A stretch of DNA of 63,763 nt, counting the filler, from Reticulomyxa filosa (Eukaryota; Protista; Foraminifera): assembly GCA_000512085.1 (NCBI GenBank). It is 26 parts of 26 records of this genome, joined end to end, with 100 filler letters (N's around TTAATTAATTAA, not from the genome) between each part and the next. Parts side by side here need not be neighbours in the genome. Positions count along the whole stretch, not along the records: positions 9,143 to 14,126 come from ASPP01013773.1; positions 14,227 to 15,282 come from ASPP01007999.1; positions 15,383 to 19,194 come from ASPP01043674.1; positions 19,295 to 20,877 come from ASPP01023897.1; positions 20,978 to 21,977 come from ASPP01043608.1; positions 22,078 to 23,248 come from ASPP01005875.1; positions 23,349 to 24,928 come from ASPP01028898.1; positions 25,029 to 27,456 come from ASPP01011514.1; 18 more parts are not named here. One strand, written 5' to 3'. The stretch's first letter is position 1. The number at the start of each line of letters is the position of its first letter. Below the pieces are notes generated by a model. It searched no databases and had not been told where the DNA came from. It worked only from the letters and a program-made list of their open reading frames with translations. Shown one piece after another: positions 13,409 through 26,421 of this stretch. A program made the translations under genes and the position numbers.

Positions 13409-16068
13409 GCGCTTCGTTATGCCAAATTTCTTGGACATTATGATTGCGCGGGAGTTGACATTCCAATTTTTCTCGTGTGAGAAGAATATTTCTATTAACA
13501 TTCCAAGTCAAAAAAACATTTTGTAATGCGAAATCTTTTTTTTGTATTTTGGAGTAATAAAAAAATCACTCTGTTTTCTTGATTATTACAGTTTCTGAAA
13601 GAAAAGCAAAAAAGAAATCGCCAAAAGCTTCTTTTTTTGTGGTTTGTGTGGAGGTCAGTTTCTGCATTGTGCTATTCCAAAAGATTAGACTCGCTCACTC
13701 AATAAGTTTGATTGGATGAGCAAAAATCATCAAAGTCAAAATTTTCCAACACATTGTTTTACAGACAATTCAACTGACTATTATGTGATATATTCAGTCT
13801 CCTCTGTGAAAAGGATGATGTGTTCAAAACGCAGTTTAAAAAAAAAAACGGGGGAATCCTATGATCATCACAAGTCGAAATATATTATTATTTTTGTGGT
13901 GTTTGCAATGTGTTTGTTTGCTCAATTGTTCCTGCAAAAAACTGCAAAGAGATATTTATGACGTGATCAAGCAGATATCCGCTCATCCGCCAAAGTCGTT
14001 AGACCCAGTTTACTTCGTAGGTATTTATGACAACGTTCCCGACACACTCCCTTCCAACGTAAGAAAAAGGAAAAGCAAAGGCAAAAGAGTGGCGAAAGCA
14101 AACAAACAAACAAACAAACAAACAAANNNNNNNNNNNNNNNNNNNNNNNNNNNNNNNNNNNNNNNNNNNNTTAATTAATTAANNNNNNNNNNNNNNNNNN
14201 NNNNNNNNNNNNNNNNNNNNNNNNNNTTTTTTTTTTTTTTTTTTTTTTTTTATGTGTATATACGTGTTGCACGGAACAATTTTAACTTGAATCGGTGGTA
14301 CCAATCATCTGTTTGGATTTCGACTTTTCGGGTTCGTCATCCACTTCAACAGTTAGCTCTTTCTCTTGAATTTCGACCTCTTTCTCGATTTCTTTGCTTT
14401 CAAATGATGCTGTTTCTGCCAATGCTGATGTGCTTATGATCCTTTTTGCGCTGTTTCTCCTTCCATGCTTACTATTTTACACTCGAATAATGACCGCTGC
14501 AATAATATACTCGTTGTATAATCGACGATCAAATACAGCTGAAGCAATACCAGCAGGTATGCGCCAGCAACATCGCTTGTACTTATACCTATATCATTGT
14601 TTTCATTGACGTTTTTTTCTTTCTATTGTTCCTTGTAACGTATATAGTGACGCACAGCTATCGACCACTTTTTTTTTTGGAATGTTTAGAAAAGTACAAA
14701 CTCACGAAGTTGTTGATTGGTCACTTCTGTCATCAAAATCGATTTGCCTTTTCTTTTTTATTGCACAAAGAATCAATCAGCAACGAAAAACTTTAATACA
14801 TTTCGACAAAGTCCTCTCGGGAACCCTTATTTTCTGTAAGAGCAGCTAAAAACACAGCGTCCCCCCCTCCAAAAATATAACATATCTTTTTGCTAGCTTA
14901 TTTTGAGTGGTCTAACATTTTTTAAAAATAAACCAACAAATTGGTATATTGTATTGGTTATGTGCAAATAAAAGTAATTATTTAATTTTAAAACTTGCAT
15001 TGCCAGAGAAGCTGATAAAACGAATAAACCCAATGTATTAAAATGACACGCGATCGCTTTTAAAAAAAAAAAAGAGAATAGTTTGAATTTGTGTGAATGA
15101 AAAAGAAAGTAATGAATGTATATGAAGTATCGCAATCGCAAGACAAAAGGATATTCTCAAAAATACAAAAGCAAGAGAAAAAAGACTGCACAATTTTTTT
15201 TTTTTTTTTATCACAAATAAGTTGATAAAACAAAATTACAGTGTAAAAGTTGACATGGGAACTGAGAAAAAAAAAAAAAAAANNNNNNNNNNNNNNNNNN
15301 NNNNNNNNNNNNNNNNNNNNNNNNNNTTAATTAATTAANNNNNNNNNNNNNNNNNNNNNNNNNNNNNNNNNNNNNNNNNNNNCTTGTCGTTCCATTAACA
15401 AGTTAATTATATATATATATTTTTTTTCATTTAGATATTTTGTTTTTGTTTTTTTAGGAAGGACCGTTTTGGTCCGCGAGCATCGCAGTATACGTTCTTC
15501 AAAATCTTTTAACTATGCAAGCAATCCAAACTATACAAACGATCACAACAATCCAAGCTACAACAACTCAAACTCTAACATCAATTCAAACGATAACATC
15601 ACAAATAACAACTTTTAGAACAAGCGATTTTTTCATTTTCGTATTCAACACATGATTGATACATGGAAACCAAATATTGTAAAGTAAAACTGACTCTTTT
15701 TCTTTTTGCAGAGTGCTTTTTTTTGGGATTCTTTTAAAAAATAACCCAACTCATCCCCTAATATTTCAGTTTGTTCATTCTTGAGCTTTTCTTTCGACAA
15801 CAATATTAAAACAAAAAACAACTTTGTTTTTCATCAACTTGATTGGAAAAATTATTGAAAGAAATTTTGGTCGTTCTTTTCAAAAACTAAGTTTAATCAA
15901 AAACTATAATCTGTTTCAAAGTTTATATAAGATATTTTATAAAATGTTATTTGAACCTACAACAAGCGAACTTCATCAACTTAAATTTGGCATCTTTCTT
16001 TCAAAACAAAAAATGTGAAAGTCAGCGTATTTGTAAACGTGTTAGTGTGTTTTAAAGATTGTCAAAGG

Positions 16069-16560
16069 TTTATTTAGCTTGTGACAAAACAACCGCAACG
16101 ATCAATCCGTACAGACCCAAGGCATACGCAAATATCAAAATTAAAATTATGCCAACAAACAATGTTATTTTTTGTCCATTGGTCCGAACACCAGCACTCC
16201 GACAATTCCAATTGCTATGCCTGCTCCAAGAGCTGACAATCCCACACTCAAACCGCTAGCTAAATGAGCATAGCCTTTGTAATGGGTATATAAGATGATT
16301 TGACTGCACAAAAAAACAAACTCGCAAACCTTAATTTTCAACATTAAAAGGAAATGACCAGTTTTAAAAAATGGTTCATTTTGACACATAAAAAAAAACT
16401 ACTAACTGTTGCCAATCAAAATGGCAGAAATAATCATGCTGTAAATACCCAATATATCAGCCATAACGACAGGGATCATGTTCTTTATTACATGATCAGG
16501 ATTTATCACACCAATCGCCGAAATTCCTACTCCTGATTCCGCGGTGCCTTATGCCGATAT
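16069..16560 (-). pseudogene. ATP6V0C: V-ATPase proteolipid subunit c (16 kDa) pseudogene
   Basis: 'SA*GTAESGVGIS...NMIPVVMADILGIY', an intron, '[28 protein letters not shown]', a 1-nt deletion, then 'AGVRTNGQ...[27 protein letters not shown]'. It has an in-frame TAA, a frameshift and loss of the catalytic Glu. Confidence 0.9.
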
Positions 16561-17546
16561 GTTTTATTTTTTCATATGCTTAGTGTAAACTCAAGTGGGC
16601 CTCAAACCAGTAATATAATTTTTTTTTGTGCTCATGTGTGATATTTTCGTGCATTGAAAAGTACTTGGCCACTACGTATCAAATGGAGTTGTTTCAACTC
16701 TCCCAGCAGGATAGTCAATTTTTTCGAGTTCTCTATTTCAAATTTCTCGCCTTTGTCTTTACTATCCACAAGATCCTACTTTTGCCATATTACTCGGTCT
16801 TGGATAATATCTCGCACTTTTTGGACATTAATTTCAAACAAGTAATTATTATATATATATGTACACATGTATATGTATGTACAGATAATTTTGTTGTTGT
16901 GGAAAAAGTATGAGATAGAAGAAAAAAGTGAAATTGACAACGAAATACTAGTAGCCGACAACGAAGTGTAAGATTTTAATTTTTGTTTTTCTTCATTACT
17001 GTATATTTATTTATTTTGGCAGAATTTGATTTTCTGACAAGTATCATTTTTTGTCAATAAAATAATTTCTTCAAAAAATTTATTCGATTCCCAACTAAAA
17101 CAACACTAGAATGAGATTTTATTATTCAAAGGTAGTTTGAACATCATGAACGAATACACGTAAAATCAACCGCAAAAATATAAACAAAAATCAACATACA
17201 AACATTTAAAATTTTATTCATGAAAAAGCAATATTATGTTTTTCACCCGATTGACAAAAATATAATAGTTTGCAAAAAAAAATAGCATACATATACTACT
17301 TTATAATATCTCCAATGTTTCTAATTATACAATTGATGATTCTAACGTATTTATTTGTTTTTTCGATGTCTTGTGTTAACAGCTTATTTGACTAAAATTA
17401 ACACATACAAAATTTTGTAATTATTTCCTTTGTCGTTGGAAGAGAATCTTGCAGAACGACACATTTACAATGGAAAACACAAATAATCAAAAATTTGCCT
17501 TTTTTTTTTTTTTAGCAAAGTATGTTTCCTTTATTTATATAATTTG

Positions 17547-18450
17547 CTATCCCCATATTCGAATTGTATTGTCAGAAGAATATGATACGATTATATTACC
17601 ATCTAATGAAACATTAATCATTTTTACTGAATCAAAATGCCCTTCCAATACTTGTATTTCTCGTCCTGATTGTGCATCCCACAAACGAATTGTTTTATCA
17701 CTTGAACAAGATAAAATAGTTTGACCATCTGGAGAATATGTCACATCATTCACACCACTTGAATGCCCTTTCAAAACTTTTAATAGTTTTCCTGTTTCAA
17801 CATTCCATATTCGAACTGTTTTATCAAGTGAACAGGAAACAATAAATTGGCTTCCTGGAGAAAATTTTGCTCGTGTTACTAAATTGGAATGTCCAGTTAA
17901 TTGTTTCAATACTTTACCTGACTTTGCATTCCATAATCGAATTGTTTTGTCTTCTGAGCATGAAGCAAGTATTTCTTCATCAGCAGAAGATTCTGCGATA
18001 TTGAACCAAGCTGAATACTTTTTAAATGTTTGTATTTGTTTTCCTGTTTTAACATCCCATATTCGAAAGGTACTGTCAAATGATGACGAAATAATCGTAC
18101 GACCATCCGGTGAGAATTTTATGGTATTTATGTCATTCATGCGCCCATCTAAAACTTTCCACAATTTAAAATATTTAGCCTATTTTTTGCATTGCATGAT
18201 GATATATTTTCATAAAATTAAATTTTAAAAAAACCCAACATATTTAAAAATGATCTTGTCAAAATTATTGATCCATCCCAATCTGATATTTGATATTTGA
18301 ACCCAGTTTTGGAGTATTATTTTTACTTCTTTTTCGAACTGTTTCAAAATATTCGTTCAACAAACACATTTATATGATTTCAATGCGGATAAGCGTGAGA
18401 ATTACCAATAGTATTGTATTCTCTTTTTTTTTAGTAGTATTCGTCGTCAT
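17547..18450 (-). CDS. WD40-repeat protein (G-beta-like repeats), intron-containing
   Basis: ORF 17547..18164 has about 5 GH...WD-type repeats (SCSEDKTIRLWN, SCSLDKTVRIWN, SCSSDKTIRLWD). An upstream exon near 18240-18330 encodes 'IILQNWVQISNIRLGWINNFDKII'. Confidence 0.9.
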
Positions 18451-18799
18451 GTATCTTTTGTTCTTAAACTGAACTTCTGAATCCGTTTTTTTTTTTGGGT
18501 GAAGCAAGTTAAAACAGGAAAATGACATAAAAATCTTAGTGAAGTTCCAACGTAAGAGAGTATATCGGAAGAGAGATATGATATAAATAATAATTGTAAT
18601 GTTTGTTAATAATAGTTTTCAGAATATGCATTACAAAAATGTAAAATCGATGTAAGGATTACTCATGAAAAAGAAGGGACAAAGCAAATCAAAGAAGGAA
18701 CCGACTACATCGATTATCGGTTTAATTTTGCGTGGAACGTCTTTTATATTGGATCGAACCGTGCATATTATTTCTTGATACGCAAGCTTTCTTGTTCAT

Positions 18800-19194
18800 A
18801 TGTCTTTTGGACAAGAGCCCTCACAATTAAACGGTCATGACGAGAATGAAGCACTGTTACCAAATTCTCCTCGCGATTTGTCTGGGGACAGTCAAAACCC
18901 AGCTGGGACAGAGAGAAACAAATTGGGGACTTTAAATGGAGTTTATGGTAAAAAGCAATTATATATCCGCAAGAGAAGAAGAGAGTGGAGAGGCGAATAG
19001 ACACGAAAAGAGGAAGAAAAAAAAAAAAATGTACATATGAAAAAAAAAAAGGATTGACTTCAGTGAACACGTTTGTTTTTGTGTGTCTGTACAACGTAAT
19101 GTATAGTTCCTTGTGCATTGAATATAATGGGAATGATCCAATTTGAGCGTATGGCATGGTCTGTGGGTGTTGGAACCGAAAGGGTTTGAATTCC
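18800..19194 (+). CDS. SLC12-family cation-chloride cotransporter / amino-acid permease, 5' part (exons 18800-18947 and 19107-)
   Basis: Splicing GT(18948)..AG(19106) gives 'KLGTLNGVY-VPCALNIMGMIQFERMAWSVG', which matches the SLC12 TM1 motif KLG..NGV..PC.LNI.G.I.F.R..W.VG. Confidence 0.8.
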
Positions 19195-20462
19195 NNNNNN
19201 NNNNNNNNNNNNNNNNNNNNNNNNNNNNNNNNNNNNNNTTAATTAATTAANNNNNNNNNNNNNNNNNNNNNNNNNNNNNNNNNNNNNNNNNNNNATTTGA
19301 CGAAAACTCAGATTATTTCTCGATTGCAAATGAAGCTGTTGATCTGGTGGAATGCCTTCATTGTCTTGGATTTTGGCTTTCACGTTCTGGATCATGTGAT
19401 TGTTTTTACTGTTAATATTTTTACAAAGCTATATTCCAAAGTAAAACAAAAATCATTATATCACACTTAAGATAAAGTGCACAACATAATATACTTACAT
19501 TTGCATCGACATTTTTTACTTTTCTTTCTTTGATCTAAGATAATTGAAAAAGCACAACAGACTTTTTTTTAAGAAGAATCTTAATCTATTTGTCCAATGT
19601 TTTTGGTGAAATAATACATTAGATAGCTCATGTAGGATCACACCAAAAGTGTCAATATACAGGCTAAGAAGATATTTGCACAAAATATGAAAATATTTTA
19701 ATTTTTTAGAATTTAAATAACGTAGGTAACACAATAATTTAATATATCCAATTGCATTAAGCTTAATTTTCTTTAAAATACTATCGAAAATTCTTTATTT
19801 GTTGTTTTTAATGCTATATCAATTTAAAATTATTTTTTGTTGCTTTTTAAAGGTAAAATTTATGTCATATTTTTTAAAGTAGAATTTGTGTCTAAATTGT
19901 TATCTACGTTATAATAGATAGGTTTATCTCTTTGTCTTTAAACTTTAGTAAATGTTTATTTGATTTTTATTTGAACAAATTTAACGTGTTGGATATGCAT
20001 CAACGCAATCAAGCAGAAAAAGGAAAAGACTATTAAATTTCAAGGACCATACAAAACACTACATTCATCTTGTAAAATACAAACAAAAAATGACAGTAAA
20101 CAATTGCAAAGCTTTTGAAGATCATCAAAGCAAAAATGTGAAACACTAAGAACGCAACAAAAAATGTATTGTACAAAAAATAAAAATAAACACTTAAAAT
20201 TAATTTAAATTTTGGGAAATGGTAATCTTTACAGGTGATTTCATGTGTTTAATTTTTCCTGCAGCCAACTGTAGAAAAAGAAAACACTTGGAAACTCAGC
20301 ACTAACCAAAAGCTTTGTGACGGAGTGTGTTGTATGTTTCAAATTTTCGAAGACCTGTGAGCAAGAAACTGTAGTAGTTCCGCTTCTAGTTTTTAAAAAA
20401 AACTTGGGCATCTAATGTGGTCTCCCCTTTCCATTAACAACGAGAAAGAGGAAAGCAACAAA

Positions 20463-20679
20463 ATGACGAATCTAATAGATTATGCATTATTGGAAGAACC
20501 AAAATTTGAATTTCCAAAGGAACTAAAACTTCGACTGGGGGAGGTAATGCCGAGCGAGAATCCACTAGAAGCACCTGATTTTGATGAGATCGCCTACATA
20601 AAACGAATGTTTCCAGATGAGAAATCATTGGGAGATGTTCACGACGGAAAGCTGGCTACCACGATAAACCATATTCAAT
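20463..20679 (+). CDS. VPS53: GARP/EARP complex subunit Vps53, first exon
   Basis: 'NPLEAPDFDEIAYIKRMFPDEKSLGDV' matches the Vps53 N-terminal motif DPLD..DF....YIN..FP.E.SL..I. A GT donor follows at 20680. Confidence 0.8.
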
Positions 20680-22350
20680 GTAATGCAAAAAACGAGAAGT
20701 TTTATTTCATTCTAGCTCTTTTTGCTCTCCTCCTCGCATATGCGAATTTTCGCGCTTTAAAAAAGGGATAACAAGGATATGAACTTTTTTACCTTGGAAG
20801 ACCTTTTTTTTTCCAAAAAAAAAAAAAAAAAAAATTATATGAGAATGAATGGCATATGCACTTCTCTCCTCTTTTGTNNNNNNNNNNNNNNNNNNNNNNN
20901 NNNNNNNNNNNNNNNNNNNNNTTAATTAATTAANNNNNNNNNNNNNNNNNNNNNNNNNNNNNNNNNNNNNNNNNNNNAACAAAATTGATTCGTTTGGCTG
21001 CCGATAACAAAGACAGTGAATCCATTGAAGACTTGACCTGATTTCACGATTGATAAACTGCATCCAAAAACGACACTTAAATAAACCAATTGAAGGATTT
21101 CATTTGGAAATTTTTAATATAATGGCCAATCAAAAAATACGCAAAAATTCCGATACGGTTGTGCGTTTATGATTAATTATCGGTAGTTCATTGCAACGGA
21201 CAGCAGTATCTCCACACAGTAGTTGATTAGAATATCTTGGTGTTTGTGGAGGCATCGAGTAGAAAGCAATATGGCGCGCTCATCGTAATCAACACCAGCT
21301 CTTATGTACGCGTTGAGATAGGATTCTTCGTTTCCATCTGCTCGATCTACGCGAATCAGCAACTTGGAGCAAGCCACGGCGCCTCGAGGAACAAGATCAC
21401 CGTTGTCGAATGAAATGCAGCACGTCCACATTGATATCAAGCAGATTTAATATGTCCAATTTGCACAGCACAAGCTTTATTAGTTCGGGTGGGAGTGACT
21501 ATCGTTGTTGTGGGAGCCAAGCTGGACTAGTTTGATGGAGACTTATAGACAATGGTCTTCACTGACTCGTGTGACTAATCCTTTTGTGCTAAAAAAAGAT
21601 TTAAAGATATTAATATTATATTTATACATATATATATTGTATATGCATGTATCATTTTGCACTTGCTGAAGCGAAAAACAAATACTAGATTTGTTCAATA
21701 GATACTGTTGCAAAGGACTAATTGGTGTTTTGATACATGACAGAACTACCATTGAGTTTCCTCTAGATTCCAACTATTCCAACTTTGATCAAATGTGGGG
21801 GCAATTTTGCAGTCTTTTTTGTCGTTTTGTGCAGAAGACGACGATAACACATAGTAACTACACACAATGCTTCTAGCTTTCATGATAGTGACACTTGCAT
21901 TTTGCAAGGTGATGATTCACACGATTATCGACAGACTGTCTTCAATGACGTCGTGTGCAATGTGCACGTGCGTGTAGNNNNNNNNNNNNNNNNNNNNNNN
22001 NNNNNNNNNNNNNNNNNNNNNTTAATTAATTAANNNNNNNNNNNNNNNNNNNNNNNNNNNNNNNNNNNNNNNNNNNNAAATTTATGATGAATCAGACAAA
22101 TTTCAAAAATAAAACTATTTTTTTAATGAAAAAACAAAGGCATGTATTCCTCTGTCAACGCTCTTGATAGAATCAAAGGATAATGTCAAAGATAGACATT
22201 TTCTTGTTATACATAACAATAGAAACAAATATAAGAAGATATATTTGTGTCACTTTTTTTTTGTGAATGTTGCGTTGAAAACGTTATCCTCTAAGGTTTT
22301 ATTAATATATATCTGCTACCACGACCAATCCTCAAATCACTTGGTCTAAC

Positions 22351-23212
22351 TCATTTTAACATTTTTGACGACTTGAAGCGGAGTGGTTTGCAACTTCGCC
22401 TTTTTTTTTGTAACTTTGTGAAAGTTTTACATTCAAATCTGTTTAAGTCTGAAAGTTGTTGCACTTGTTGCAAAAGAACTGAAGCTATCTCGTTCACTCT
22501 TAAACAACTTCGTAATGATGATCCAAAAAAAAACAGAAAGGCATACACATCCAACCAAAAAGAGAAAAAAAAAAGAAAAAAAAAAAAGAAAAACAAAGAG
22601 AACAATTTAAACGGCAAATGGAACTTTTTTTAAAAAGTTGATGAAAATACCACTGATATCACCACAAAAGTCGACTCCAGGTTCTTTCGATTGGACAGCG
22701 GGGTCATCGCCATTAAAATTTTCAGTGCCTCGAATCCAGTAGAATTTTTTGGCATCAAATTTGACCCGAATCTTGGTGGGACGCTTTTTTTTCATTTTCA
22801 AAAAAAAAAGAAAAAAAAAAAAAAAGGGTGAAAATTTTGTAAACGGTAACGTGATGCATTTTGTGTGTAACTTCATTTTCTTGAATGACTTGATCAACCT
22901 TGCCAGAGTATTTTCCTCGAATACAACTTCGTCATTTACCTTCCATTCTTTGCCGCCTTCGCCGTCCTGACGCGAGTTGACACGAAATGAAATGCACTTA
23001 TAAGCAGCGTAACTGGCCAAAAGGAGCAAGCCTATCCCCGAAAGCGAGAACGCAACAATCATAATAATCGATCCTTCTCTTGTGTCGATCACTGCGATAT
23101 GTTGTGGAGCCAGTGCACCTTTCAATGCTTTCTCACTCAACTCTTGCGCGATCATTTGGTGCATCTCTTCATTATTATACGTCTTGAAATCCAAATCCAA
23201 TGTTATTTCCAC
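22351..23212 (-). CDS. Hypothetical single-TM protein, internal and terminal exons
   Basis: 'HIAVIDTREGSIIMIV' followed by a hydrophobic helix. It is interrupted by T/A-run introns. No confident family. Confidence 0.4.
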
Positions 23213-25062
23213 TCTGTTTTTTCGCCCCCACCCAAAAAAAAAAAAAAANNNNNNNNNNNNNNNNNNNNNNNNNNNNNNNNNNNNNNNNNNNNTTAATTAA
23301 TTAANNNNNNNNNNNNNNNNNNNNNNNNNNNNNNNNNNNNNNNNNNNNTTGGTTTGTTTTTTGAAATAAACACTACACTAACATGGCAATATTTCCATTG
23401 GATAACCTTTCACTGCTGAGCCGTTCTTTTCACATGCATTTAGCATTCTGTTCCTTCCAATGCTCTGTTTGTGTGTGTACGTGATCACATCAAAAACAAA
23501 AAATTGTACGCACACTTATCATACAAAACAAAAATTGGAAAGTTTGAATTTGAGGGGGGAATATAATTTTTTAAAAAAGGGGGAACTTGTATACGTGTTT
23601 TTTTTGTAATGTTGTATGTTTTATTTTATTATTATTATTTTTTTGTTTGTTTTTGCAACATGTCTTTTTTTTTAAGACACCTCCAAAAAAAGGAAAAAAC
23701 GAATTCTGACTTTTCTCCATCGTGCGCAAGTTTTTTTCGAGCTAAATCCATGTGAAAATTTAAATACTTAGCAATATATTTCGAGTCCAATATATCTTCG
23801 TATCCATCTTTATGTCGACAAGCCAAAGCAAGCATAATCGTACCATTGGTCGTTATAAAAAACTTTTTCATCATTGTATCTGTTGAGTTTTTATGATTAT
23901 TTGTGTGTGTTGTTTTTTTTTTGTCGCTTTTAAAAATTTTCCTTGTGTTTCTCATTTCCACCTAATCAATCCCACTCTCCTCATCTCACCTGACGTTATG
24001 ACAGCAGTATTGCATCTCTTAGAGGCAAAGATTACGAGATTCATTATTGAACTTGTCAAGTTGAAAAACTACAATTACAAGACCCCCTAAATGAACCTCT
24101 AGAAACATTTGCAAGTTTTGATTAATATTTATCCCATTTAGTTCAAACAACAAACTTTTGTGATTTTTTTTTTATCGAATTATTTTTGTTTTTGTTGAAA
24201 TTTATGCAAAAAGGTAGTCTTTCATTACACTTAATGCCAGCTTCCACATTTTGTTTTAAAAGTCTTTCTGTTTATTGTTTATGCATTCAAACATCATTTG
24301 AAAGACGATGTTTTTATCCATCTACAAAAAAGTTATTATATTTAAATACTACAAGATTTGTAGATATTTTTAAAGGCATACTGTAGTTAGAGATTTATTA
24401 ATTGCAAAAAGAAACATAATGGGAAATAAGTTAATATTTTATTACCCAAACTTAAGAAACTCCAAAAATAAACAAAAATATGATCATCGTTTAGAATGCT
24501 CTTGTTATAAAAAGATTTACAAGTAAATCTTCATAATCATGACTCCTTTATTTCTCTAATTTATCCCACTCAATATCCTTTATAGACTCTGTCTTAAGAG
24601 CCATTATACCAACATATAAATGAGCTCAATGTCGAATACTGTAAAAACTTTACAAAGTAAACATTCTGTTACTCGAAAATATAAAATTTGGAATATATTT
24701 TAGAAAGTATTGCAAATGCTACAACCACAGTTAATCAAAATTCTTTTTTTAAAATTATTTGCACATCATATAGTTTTCCATCTTCCCTAATTGTTTGCAA
24801 AAATTTGTGCATGTACTATAATCATGAAACTTGCCAATTTTTTGTGAGAACTTTCTTAAAGTGTTCCAAAATAAATTGTTTGCGCCGATTTTTTTGAAAA
24901 AAAATTTTACAAGCAAAATGAAAAAAAANNNNNNNNNNNNNNNNNNNNNNNNNNNNNNNNNNNNNNNNNNNNTTAATTAATTAANNNNNNNNNNNNNNNN
25001 NNNNNNNNNNNNNNNNNNNNNNNNNNNNAAAAAAAAAAAAAAAAAAAAAAGAAAGACTTAAC

Positions 25063-25752
25063 CATTGAAATAAACTTGGCTCCTTGTTGTTGAATTTCGG
25101 TGTGTTTGAATAGAGTTGCAATGTCAGGCTGACTATCCAATAAATCTTGATAGAAGGTGTTGCTGAAGTGTTGGGGATCGTCCGCAATTACAGCATCAAA
25201 TGTTTCATGAATTGCTTTCGCATATTCCATATACTGTTGTGGAGTTGTATCTTTTGCAAAGGGAATCAAACTGTTATCTGCGGTCATGCGATCGATGATC
25301 CTTGCCCAAAACCACATCCAGGCCGCTTCTCGACGGTCTGTCCAAGGCACGTATTGTTTGATGGCGCGCATAAACGCTGTTCGAAAGTGCTTGAAATGGC
25401 GCCTTTTCACGCCGTATTTGTTCAAATGTGTCACGCCCAACGCAGTTAGCTTTTCGTCCAATGTAGACAAATCATCCAGGTATCCTACTACTGTGTTAAG
25501 CATCATCATGAACGTATTGCTTTGCTTGTCAATTTTTGTTTGCAAAAATAAGCGTGACATTTCCACTTCTTTCAACAATACTTCTTGATAGATACGTAGC
25601 CCCACTTCTTCTTTCTTTCGCATTAACTCAGCCCAGGTTGTTTTCACTATTTTCACTGCGTCTTCTCTTGCTAAATCTTCGATGCTGGAGTCACTGGTTG
25701 GTGGACCCGTATCTTCGCTGCTGCCAAATACAAAGAAGCGCCAAAAGCTCAT
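25063..25752 (-). CDS. Multi-domain globin (one complete and one partial 3/3 globin domain; 3' truncated)
   Basis: Domain 1: 'IVKTTW...GLRIY...MSRLF...DKQ...LGVTHLNKYGVKRRHF...AAW'. Domain 2: 'AIHETF...NTFYQDLLDSQPDIATLFKHTEIQQQGAKFISM', which ends at a GT donor. Confidence 0.88.
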
Positions 25753-26092
25753 GTTGTTGTTTTTTCCAGTGGTGGGTTGCGATTCGAAGGGAAATCTCTA
25801 AAAAAAAATAAAATTGTTTTCCTTTTTTTGTTAAAAAAATTTTGTTTACTCCTTTTTCTATTTCTTGCAAAATCGGTTTGTGGGTTTGATTCGCAATGAA
25901 ACAACTACAATTAATGATTAACATCACTTTATCAGTTTGAAGAAATTGGAAAAAAGAGGTGTTTACTTCAGTTTTAATAACAATTTGTGTTGTTTTTTTT
26001 TTTTTAAATTTTATATTTTGGATTTTGATTTTTGTTTTTCTCTCAAATAAAAACCAGAATAATGAACATATTTTTGTCACTTCAGTCAATAT

Positions 26093-26384
26093 TCATGTCA
26101 ATTTATTGATCTGAGTTTTAAATCGAACCGAAATAGTATCCCAGAACTTGTCAATTAATGAAATGAAGGTGTAAGTTCCACCGATGATGGCAAAGACGGA
26201 TGTCAAAAAATCGTACAAAGGTCTGCCTTTGGTGCTTACCTTTATCGACAGAGGACTGAACACGTACTGAAAGCGAGCTTGCGGGACAGAGGTTATCTCT
26301 ACATCTGCAAGATGTGATTGCACAGTCGCTTGATACACGACCACCTTTTTTTTTATTTATCAGCATTATGGTTTAAATATATAC

Positions 26385-26421
<37 letters not shown>

